A DNA stretch of 64,000 nucleotides, taken from assembly GCA_964580075.1 (NCBI GenBank), contig CAZOJL010000002.1, positions 6,034-70,033 of the forward strand, in the 5' to 3' direction. The DNA is from an uncultured Akkermansia sp. GTDB lineage: Bacteria; Verrucomicrobiota; Kiritimatiellia; RFP12; JAAYNR01. Under the pieces are notes generated by a model. The model saw only the letters and a program-made list of their open reading frames with translations, was not told where the DNA came from and did no database searches. The position numbers and the translations under genes were made by a program. This document shows, piece by piece, positions 28,592 to 36,410 of the stretch (within the stretch, counting starts at the first letter, position 1; the number at the start of each line of letters is the position of its first letter).

Positions 28592-30510
28592 TCGCCATGA
28601 TGATGTTTGACTGGTATCAGGAGGGGACAAAACAGTTGGCCGCAGCCGGTTCATCCCGGTTGCTGACCTATCTGTTCGCTTTTTTCGCTTCGCTGGCCGT
28701 CTCTCTGTCGCTGACGCCACCGATACGCGGGTTGGCCCGTCGGCTCGGGATGGTTGACCAGCCGGACGACCGACGCATCCATACGCGGCCCACGCCTCGG
28801 GCGGGCGGCGTCGCGGTTTTTATCGCGTTCCATGTGACCGTCCTGTTGTGTGTGTATCTCTTCCCCGGCGTCTTCAGACCGATCTACGGCATCGACAAAC
28901 TGGCCGCCTTTTTTCGGGCGTCGTTGCTGCTCCTGGTCGTGGGGTTGCTGGATGACGCGTTTAGCCTCAAGCCGTATGTCAAACTGCTCGGCCAGATTGC
29001 TGCGGCCGTGCTGCTGTATCAGGCGGGCTTTCGCGTGGGCGGCGGGTTTTCCGTGACGTTGGTTGGCCCCGTCAATTTCGTCGTGACGGTGTTCTGGATT
29101 GTCGGCGCCGTGAATGCGTTTAACCTGATCGATGGGCTGGACGGGCTGGCGACAGGTTTGGCGATGATCGCCTCCTTCGGCCTGGCGGGTTCGCTGTTTA
29201 TGCGAAACTTGTCGGTGGATGCGGTTCCGTTGCTCGCGTTGGCCGGTGCGGCCATGGGCTTTCTACGGTATAATTTCAACCCCGCCTCGGTTTTTCTGGG
29301 CGACAGCGGTTCGATGTTTCTGGGGCTGGCGTTGGGGGCACTGCCGTTGATTTCGGGGCAGAAGTCGGAATTGCTCGCCTCGCTCGGTGTGCCGCTAATC
29401 GCGATGGGCATTCCGATATTTGACACGGCGCTGGCGATCTGGCGGCGGTCGCTGCGTTCGATGTTCCCCGACATTACGGCCAGCGGCGCCAAACGGATCC
29501 GCGGCTTTATGCAGGCCGACAGGGAGCATGTCCACCACCGGGTGCTGGCGCGGACGCTGAGCCAGCGCAAAGCGGCGGTCCTGCTTTACGGGGTGAACGT
29601 GCTGCTGGTCGCGATCGGCCTGTTTGCGATGTTGGCCGAAGAGCGTCGGAGCGGGGTCTTCCTGGTGGCGTTTGTCGTCGGGGTCTTCCTGATCGTTCGG
29701 CATCTGACCCGTGTCGAGTTGTGGGATACGGGGCGGATTCTCCTCGCCAAGTCACCACGTTCGATTTCCTCGCGGATATCCATGCCGCTCTACATGGTGG
29801 CGGATGTTCTGATCATGTGTGGTGGCTTTGCCATGAGCCATTGGATTGTGGGGGTGCGCTTCGGCATTCGCGAACTGGTCGTGGTGATGCCGGCGGTGGT
29901 CGGGTTGATTTTTGCCTTGCTGGGGGTGACGGGTGTCTACCGGCGGGTCTGGGCACGGGCGATGTTGAGTGATTTCGTGAGTTTTGTGGTGATGTTCTGC
30001 GCGGGAATGGCTCTGGTTGTGGCGGTTTCGATCTTCTGGGCATCGTACGACCGCATCCGCCTTTCCCTGGCCTTGCTGTTTATGGTGCTGAGCCTCCCTC
30101 CGATGTTGGCGGTGCGGCTCTACCGGGAGATTTTGCGTGAGGCGGTCTTTGCCATCGAGCGGGTTGTGTTTGTCGGCCGGCCGACGGTCACGCGTGTCTT
30201 GGTGTGTGGCGGCGGGGAGCGGCTGCGGATGTTTCGGCGTGAAAAGCGGGCGCGGATGGCCGAGAATATGAACCTTTTCATTGTCGGCGTGCTCGACGAT
30301 GACCCCAACTTGCTGGGTCGGCCGGTTCATGGCATCCGCGTGCTGGGCCCGATTCATGAGTTGAGGGAACAGGTGCGACAGCATCGCATTTCGCGGGTCA
30401 TTATTACCATGCAGATTGACGATGAAAAGCGCCACCAAATTGTGGCACTGGCCCGCGAAGCGGGCGTTCCGGTCGATGAATGGGTCATCGCTATAAGGAC
30501 CCTCTCATGA
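28588..30510 (+). CDS. Polyprenyl-phosphate N-acetylhexosamine-1-phosphate transferase (MraY/WecA family) with extra transmembrane segments and a C-terminal Rossmann-like domain
   Basis: WecA/MraY motifs (VDQPDDRRIHTRPTPRAGGVAVF, NAFNLIDGLDGLATG). The C-terminal region (VLVCGGGERL..VGVLDDDPNLLGRPVHGIRVLG..ISRVIIT) resembles the CoA-binding-like domain usually found at the N-terminus of WbaP-type transferases. GTGA overlap with the exosortase. Confidence 0.65.
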   Translation: MIAMMMFDWYQEGTKQLAAAGSSRLLTYLFAFFASLAVSLSLTPPIRGLARRLGMVDQPDDRRIHTRPTPRAGGVAVFIAFHVTVLLCVYLFPGVFRPIYGIDKLAAFFRASLLLLVVGLLDDAFSLKPYVKLLGQIAAAVLLYQAGFRVGGGFSVTLVGPVNFVVTVFWIVGAVNAFNLIDGLDGLATGLAMIASFGLAGSLFMRNLSVDAVPLLALAGAAMGFLRYNFNPASVFLGDSGSMFLGLALGALPLISGQKSELLASLGVPLIAMGIPIFDTALAIWRRSLRSMFPDITASGAKRIRGFMQADREHVHHRVLARTLSQRKAAVLLYGVNVLLVAIGLFAMLAEERRSGVFLVAFVVGVFLIVRHLTRVELWDTGRILLAKSPRSISSRISMPLYMVADVLIMCGGFAMSHWIVGVRFGIRELVVVMPAVVGLIFALLGVTGVYRRVWARAMLSDFVSFVVMFCAGMALVVAVSIFWASYDRIRLSLALLFMVLSLPPMLAVRLYREILREAVFAIERVVFVGRPTVTRVLVCGGGERLRMFRREKRARMAENMNLFIVGVLDDDPNLLGRPVHGIRVLGPIHELREQVRQHRISRVIITMQIDDEKRHQIVALAREAGVPVDEWVIAIRTLS

Positions 30511-31913
30511 CACACCTGCGGATACGGAGTCGGCTCACGGACGCCGCGCGATTTCTTTCGCGGGACATCTGGGATATTGTTCCCGCCACGCTGCCCGCCT
30601 CCCGGCGGGTCGCGATCCATGCGTTGCGCTTCATCCTCGCGGTCGTCCGCGGCTTCCGTCTGGATCGGTGCGATCTGCACGCCTCGGCGCTCACGTATTA
30701 CACCCTGATGGCGCTGATCCCGGTCCTGGCGCTGGCGCTGGCGCTGGGGCGGGTCTTCGGGGGTGGCGAAGTGGTGCGAAGCCAGTTTGAAGACCATCTC
30801 GGGGCGTTCCTGAGTCAGCTTGCCGTTCAATCCGAGACAGGGGATGCGGCCGCGCAATCGGCATCGCTCGCGTTTGCCGAGCAGTTGGAGGGTAAAGCCA
30901 TCCAGCTCTTTGATCAAGTCAATGCCGTCAGCTTCGGCACGCTGGGGGGCATCGGCGCCGCCGCGCTGATCTGGATGGCCATCAGCCTGCTCGGCCGGGT
31001 CGAGGTGAGCTTTAATCTGATCTGGGGTGTCCCTTATCCGCGGACGATGTGGCGCAAGTTTACCGACTATTTGAGCGTGGTCCTCATCCTGCCGTTTTTG
31101 ATGACAGCCGCTTCAACCGTTCCCTTGCTGGACCTGCTCGCACGGGGGGCGGGCAGCGTGGGGGGCGCCGCCGCAGCCGACACCGTGCGTACCGTGGTCG
31201 GCTCACCGGTGCTGAAAAAAGTCCTGGTGCTCGGTATGAGCACGGTGACGTTCAGTTTTCTCCTGATCTTTATGCCCAACACGCGAATCCGCCTCATTCC
31301 GGGCGCAGTCGGAGGCTTTCTGACCGCGATTCTGTTCGGCGTGTGGCTGGTGGTGTGCGCCCGCCTGCAGGTGGGGATCGCCAAATACAGCGCGCTCTAT
31401 GGCGGGTTCGCGCTGCTGCCGATCTTGTTGATGTGGGTTTACACCAGTTGGCAGATTATCCTGCTGGGCGCGGAGGTCGCTTTTGCGCTGCAGAATGGCG
31501 CGACCTGCCGCATGGAGTCTGCCGCTGGCCGTGCCAGCCCGTACACTCGTTTTTTGCTGGCTGCCGCGTTTTGCGCCGAAGCCGCGCGGACGGTCAGGGA
31601 GCAGGGCAGGGCTTTTGACGCGGAGGCCTTTGCGTTGAAGCGTCGGGTCTCGACACGGCTCAGTCAGGACGTGCTGGAGGATCTGACGCGGGCGGGTGTG
31701 CTGGCCAAACTCGAAGGCCGCAACAGTCTCTACCTGCCGTGCCGGGATCTCTCGACCATGACCGCGGCTGAGGTGGCAAAGACCGTGCTATCGGACGGGA
31801 CCCCGCCGAATGATCTGGGGGTGCAACGGATGGGCGAGTCGATTCTGAAACTCGGCCCCCGCCTCATGGACGCGCTGGACGGCGCGCTCTCCGTCTCTGT
31901 GGCCGATTTGTAA
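30507..31913 (+). CDS. YihY/BrkB-family inner membrane protein with a C-terminal soluble domain
   Basis: SALTYYTLMALIPVLALAL signature region and six transmembrane helices. ATGA overlap with the upstream gene. Confidence 0.65.
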   Translation: MTHLRIRSRLTDAARFLSRDIWDIVPATLPASRRVAIHALRFILAVVRGFRLDRCDLHASALTYYTLMALIPVLALALALGRVFGGGEVVRSQFEDHLGAFLSQLAVQSETGDAAAQSASLAFAEQLEGKAIQLFDQVNAVSFGTLGGIGAAALIWMAISLLGRVEVSFNLIWGVPYPRTMWRKFTDYLSVVLILPFLMTAASTVPLLDLLARGAGSVGGAAAADTVRTVVGSPVLKKVLVLGMSTVTFSFLLIFMPNTRIRLIPGAVGGFLTAILFGVWLVVCARLQVGIAKYSALYGGFALLPILLMWVYTSWQIILLGAEVAFALQNGATCRMESAAGRASPYTRFLLAAAFCAEAARTVREQGRAFDAEAFALKRRVSTRLSQDVLEDLTRAGVLAKLEGRNSLYLPCRDLSTMTAAEVAKTVLSDGTPPNDLGVQRMGESILKLGPRLMDALDGALSVSVADL

Positions 31914-31929
31914 CAGTGGAGGTGATCCC

Positions 31930-33111
31930 ATGGCTACCCACACGGGAATGGGGCATGATGCGGATGATTCGCAGCAGGCGGTTGACCGCTTTTTCTCCGA
32001 CCGTCAAAAGGCGCTGATCGGTACGGGGCTGACGGTGCTGGCCGTCTCGTGCAGTATCGGCTTCGCCACGGCATTGGCGATCTTCGGTGGCCGCGTGCTC
32101 GCGGCGCTTCAGGGCGTGTTGGCGCCCATTCTGGTGGCGGCGGTCATCGCGATGCTGAGCAAGCCCTATTATGACTGGCTGTACCGCGTCCTCCGCCATT
32201 CCCATGTGTTTGCCATTGTCGTGTATTTCATCTCCACGCTGATTCCGGTCGGTCTGGTCGTCTGGACGGCCGGCGCCCTGATCGTCGAACAGGGGGTGGA
32301 TATGCTGCGCAATCTGCCGGATATTGTCGCCCACACCCAGGAAGCGGTAATCCGCCAGATGCCCGCACTGGGCGAGCTGTTGCGCCGTTATGGTCTGTCC
32401 GGATGGTTGGAAGAACAGATGCTCAACACGGCGCAGGCCGTGCAGCAGGCGTTTGCGGCGCGCCTGCACGGCGGCGGGGCGATGGAGGCGGGTGTCAGCG
32501 TGCTCGGGTTGCTCGGAGGGCTGCTGAGTTGGATGGTGTTGCCGATCTATCTCGGTTTCTTCCTGATGCGCAAACCGATGGCGGGGAAGGATGCCGAGTC
32601 GTTTCTCCCGTTTTTCAAGCCGACCACCCGATCCAACGTGGTCTATCTGCTCGACCAGTTTCTGAACATCCTGACCGCCTTCTTCCGCGGGCAGGTGCTG
32701 GTCGCGTTGATCCAGGGCGTCTTGTTCGGGATTGGCTTCTGGTGCGTCGGACTCAGCTACGGCCTTTTTATTGGCCTGATGCTCGGCGTGCTCAACATCA
32801 TTCCGTACATGGGCAATCTGGTCGGGCTGCTGATCGCGCTGCCCATGGCGTTGGCCGATGGCGGGGTGCGGGAGCTGGCGTTGGTGGGCATGGTCTTTCT
32901 GACCGTTCAGACACTCGACAACTACTTTATCACGCCCAAGATCATGGGGAGCCGCACGGGGTTGCACCCGGTGGGGATCATCTTCTCGCTCCTGTTCTGG
33001 ACGTCGGTTCTCGGCGGTTTCTTCGGGATGATGCTCGGTGTTCCCTTGAGCGCCTTTGTGGTGGTCCTCTGGCGCCTGCTCAAGAGCGAGTACATTAAAG
33101 AACTGGTGTGA
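31930..33111 (+). CDS. AI-2E family transporter (PerM/UPF0118)
   Basis: Eight transmembrane topology with a conserved C-terminal region (IQGVLFGIGFW..NIIPYMGNLVGLLIALPMAL). GGAGGTGA Shine-Dalgarno upstream. Confidence 0.8.
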   Translation: MATHTGMGHDADDSQQAVDRFFSDRQKALIGTGLTVLAVSCSIGFATALAIFGGRVLAALQGVLAPILVAAVIAMLSKPYYDWLYRVLRHSHVFAIVVYFISTLIPVGLVVWTAGALIVEQGVDMLRNLPDIVAHTQEAVIRQMPALGELLRRYGLSGWLEEQMLNTAQAVQQAFAARLHGGGAMEAGVSVLGLLGGLLSWMVLPIYLGFFLMRKPMAGKDAESFLPFFKPTTRSNVVYLLDQFLNILTAFFRGQVLVALIQGVLFGIGFWCVGLSYGLFIGLMLGVLNIIPYMGNLVGLLIALPMALADGGVRELALVGMVFLTVQTLDNYFITPKIMGSRTGLHPVGIIFSLLFWTSVLGGFFGMMLGVPLSAFVVVLWRLLKSEYIKELV

Positions 33112-34983
33112 TCACCCGTAGACCGGACCGAGGAACTGGCAGGCGCGGAAGTCGTCGCCGCCGAAACGATCCCACAGGGTTGGACGGAACACATCGGACC
33201 TGTCGACGTTGTGCATATCGACCGGAATGCGGAGCATCGCGTTGAAGGTGACAAAGTCGGCGCCGATCAGGCCGAAGGAGTTGGCGTCGTGGTTCGGTCC
33301 GATGCGGGTCATGTAGTCGAATGAGGTCATGCCGCGCGGCGTCCAATAGGTCTCGGGCCAGGTGGCGTCGGTGACCCTGGAGATGTGGTCCGCGACTTTT
33401 CGGGGCAGTTCGACCGTGTCGCCCTCGATGACCGAGCAGGTCAGCAGGTCGCCGACCACGTTGTAGCGGTAGGCGGTGAGCGGGATGCCGCCGGGTGACC
33501 GGTAATGCGAAGAAAGACCATCGCCGGGGAAGTAGGTGAGGTTGGCGCCCATATAGCGCGTGGCCGCGACGGCGCCGGCGATCAGCTTCTGCTGCGCCTT
33601 CGGGTCGTTGCGGATCGCGTCAACGACCTGCTGTATCGTCAGCTTCGAGCCGCCTTTGACCAGTTTGAAGATGTCGATCGCATAGTCCAGCGCGCCCGAA
33701 CCGGAGTTGCGCTTGTCAATGATGCCGTTCGGACAGATCTTTTTCACATCGGTTCCGGTCGCCGCTTTGATCGACGCGGGCGTCCAGTTGGTGCGGATGT
33801 CGGCGAAGAGCTGGGCCGCTCCTCCGGAGAGCAGGTTGCCGATGAGCATGCCGATGCCGTTCTTGGAGTCGTTCTCCGTGGCCACGATCAGGGGCGTGCG
33901 GAAACCGTTCCAGTCGAACGACGAGTTGAGGATCGATTCGGTCAGGTCGAAATTCGGATAGAAATCGGTCCACTGCCGCTGGCCTTGCGTCCCCGAGGCG
34001 ATGGCGTTGTAGCCTTGCGCGTATTCGACGTCGGCCCGGAAGCCCTGTTTCTTGCCGACGGCGGGATCGGCGAGACGGGGATTGCCGATCATCAGGTCGC
34101 GGACGATCAGGGCGATCTTGACATTCTCCATGAGGAGTTGATCGGGAGGGAGGGGCCGTTTGCCGGCACCGTAGTCCAGGGAAAACGATTTCTTGAAGAA
34201 CGTGAACGCCTGCTTGGCCTCGTCGTGGTCGTAGAAGCCCATTTCGAGGCGGCCGCGGATCCCCGCCATATCAAAATTGCAGGTCCCCATGCCGAGGTAG
34301 TCGAGCAGGGTGTTGCGGCGGGCGTCGGAACCGATGATGCCCATCGAGACCGAACCGATGTTGAGATAGTTTTTGCCGCGGATCATGGCGACCGCCGTCG
34401 CGCAGCGGGCAAAGCGGAGGATGCGCTCGCGGACATAGGCGTTGCAGGGCTTGGTTTCGTCCTCCAGATCGGGCGAATAGATCGCGAAGATCGGGCGCTT
34501 TTTCTCGTCCATCGCCGCGGTGAAAGCCTTCAGCCACACGGCGCCGGGACGGTCGGTCTGGTTGAGTCCGTAGGCCGCTTGCTGCCACTCGGAGGAACCG
34601 ATCCCCTGGCAGGCCGACATCAGTTCGTCGGAATACGACCAGGAACGGGAGACCCAGATGTTGGCGCTCACGCCCTGCGTGGCATAGAAGGCCTGTGTGC
34701 GGGCGCCGGAACGGGGGCCGTAGACAATTTCGGGTGCGACGATGACGCGCACCGGCGTGCCATCGGGGAGCTTCACATGCTGGGTGATCAGGTCATAGAG
34801 CTTCTCGGTCAGTTTCCACGTGCGCGCCTGGTTCGCCTCGTACGCGCCGTGGCGTCCGTCGGCGACGGGCGTCAGGGCGATTGTCGGAACCGGGCCGATC
34901 AGCGTGCGGTTTGCATCTTCAAACGTCCTGGGCTCCATAGCAAGCTTCTCGAAATCGGGGCGGCACGAACAGCAGCAACTCAT
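33112..34983 (-). CDS. fucI: L-fucose isomerase
   Basis: Strong colinear similarity to E. coli FucI (NSSFDWNG..VATENDS, GYNAIA.GTQGQRQWTDFYPNFD, ADFVTFNAMLRIPVDMHNV, ACQFLGPVY). Start chosen at ATG 34983 because of the AGGAGA Shine-Dalgarno; 35025 and 34938 are alternatives. Confidence 0.85.
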   Translation of the reverse strand: MSCCCSCRPDFEKLAMEPRTFEDANRTLIGPVPTIALTPVADGRHGAYEANQARTWKLTEKLYDLITQHVKLPDGTPVRVIVAPEIVYGPRSGARTQAFYATQGVSANIWVSRSWSYSDELMSACQGIGSSEWQQAAYGLNQTDRPGAVWLKAFTAAMDEKKRPIFAIYSPDLEDETKPCNAYVRERILRFARCATAVAMIRGKNYLNIGSVSMGIIGSDARRNTLLDYLGMGTCNFDMAGIRGRLEMGFYDHDEAKQAFTFFKKSFSLDYGAGKRPLPPDQLLMENVKIALIVRDLMIGNPRLADPAVGKKQGFRADVEYAQGYNAIASGTQGQRQWTDFYPNFDLTESILNSSFDWNGFRTPLIVATENDSKNGIGMLIGNLLSGGAAQLFADIRTNWTPASIKAATGTDVKKICPNGIIDKRNSGSGALDYAIDIFKLVKGGSKLTIQQVVDAIRNDPKAQQKLIAGAVAATRYMGANLTYFPGDGLSSHYRSPGGIPLTAYRYNVVGDLLTCSVIEGDTVELPRKVADHISRVTDATWPETYWTPRGMTSFDYMTRIGPNHDANSFGLIGADFVTFNAMLRIPVDMHNVDRSDVFRPTLWDRFGGDDFRACQFLGPVYG

Positions 34984-35109
34984 GGCACTCTCCTGTTGGA
35001 TCGCACGCGCCGGGGCGCGTGACACGGGTTAGAAACGAACAATAAGTATAAACCAGATGGGCGACGCGCGCAAGCCGGGAACGCAATGGTGCACCGCGTT
35101 TAAGGCCGT

Positions 35110-35838
35110 TTAAGGCCGGGGCTTGTTACGGGCGGCCCAGTCGGCCTGGCGGGCGACACCCATGAGGATATTGACGTCGTCGGTGGTCAGGGCCCCGCGG
35201 GAGAAGATGCGTTGGACGCCCTGCATCATGTGGTCGGTCTTTTCCGGGGTCATGAAGCCGATGAGCAGCAGCATCTCGCGCCACATGTCGAGAAGTTTCA
35301 TCCGGTGTACGGCCAGTGCCGGTGGCGCCTTTTCGCAGGGGGGCGAGTACGCTTCGCTCGCGAGGAACAGCTCGTAGGAGCAAAGCAGAACGGCTTGCGC
35401 GAGGTTGATGGATGTGTAGTTCGTCCCTGTGGGAATGCGGAGGAGATGGGTGCACCGGGCGACCTCGTCGTTCAGCAGCCCTTTGTCTTCGCGACCGAAC
35501 ACCAGCGCGACCGGGCCGCCGTTCGCTAGGGCGAGCAATCCCGGCGCGGCCTCGCGCGGGGTGCGGACATGCTGGCGATAGAGTCCGAGTCGCGCCGTCG
35601 TGCCGACGACGGCCGTGCAGTCGGCAACCGCTTCGTCGAAGGTCTCCACGGTGCGTCGTCCTTCCAGGACCGGCGCGCCGTGGACGGCGAATTTCGACGC
35701 CTCGGCCCAGCCGTCGGCGCAGACCGGTTTGACGAGAACCAGGTCGGAAATTCCAAAATTGGCCATGGCACGGCAGGCGGAGCCGATGTTGCCGCTGTAG
35801 AGGGAACCGACCAGGACGATTCGAATGCGAGAGAGCAT
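35110..35838 (-). CDS. trmJ: SpoU-family tRNA/rRNA 2'-O-methyltransferase (TrmJ-like)
   Basis: MLSRIRIVLVGSLYSGNIGSACRAMANFG N-terminus typical of TrmJ/LasT, and a SPOUT fold region (VALVFGREDKGL). The longer ORF to 35964 would extend into the repeat element. Confidence 0.7.
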   Translation of the reverse strand: MLSRIRIVLVGSLYSGNIGSACRAMANFGISDLVLVKPVCADGWAEASKFAVHGAPVLEGRRTVETFDEAVADCTAVVGTTARLGLYRQHVRTPREAAPGLLALANGGPVALVFGREDKGLLNDEVARCTHLLRIPTGTNYTSINLAQAVLLCSYELFLASEAYSPPCEKAPPALAVHRMKLLDMWREMLLLIGFMTPEKTDHMMQGVQRIFSRGALTTDDVNILMGVARQADWAARNKPRP

Positions 35839-35939
35839 AGGCAGAAAAACTCGTTTCTTTGCGGCGGCGGGGATGAGCGACCCAGGAACGCGGGAACGCG
35901 CGTAATGGAACCCTATTTTATCGGGGACCGGGCGAATGT

Positions 35940-36300
35940 CAACCCAGGTAACAGCAATTCTCATTATGAGGCGATTGGGTCATCGGGGTCGGGGTCGGGG
36001 TCGGTATCGGAATCGGAGTCGAAATTCCGTTGGATTTATCCTAAAAAGGGCAGAAGACTGTGAGACTGTGAGACTGTAAGGATTGGGAGGCAATCGGTTA
36101 TGCAAACGGGATCTGTTCACCATTGGGTGCGTGCGAATAAATCTGTAACCTGTTCATTTTCAACCTCATAGCCTTACAGTCTTACAGCCTATAGCCGTTT
36201 TTAGGTTTATCGATACCGATACCGATACCGACCCCGACGCCGATGGCCCCATCTCCAAAATGAAGGCGCATTTTTCACACGGTTCTGGAAAATTATGCTA
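35940..36300. repeat. MITE-like nested inverted-repeat element. It has a degenerate copy of the 46-mer head (35952-), outer inverted repeats GGGGTCGGGGTCGGGGTCGGTATCGG / CCGATACCGATACCGATACCGACCCCG (35987-36016 and 36211-36243), and inner inverted repeats CTGTGAGACTGTGAGACTGTAAGG / CCTTACAGTCTTACAGCC.
   Basis: Seen directly. The arms are reverse complements of each other and enclose a 23-codon mini-ORF with a GGGAGG Shine-Dalgarno (36099-36170). G4-forming tract at 35987-36005. Confidence 0.65.
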
Positions 36301-36410
36301 TTGTTTGCATGCAACCGTTTTCTTCTAAATCCTTTGCGCCGCATCTTGCACCAAGCCCGATGAGGTCTATTGTCACTGAAGCAACGTACCGCGCTGGTTT
36401 CTGCCACCAC

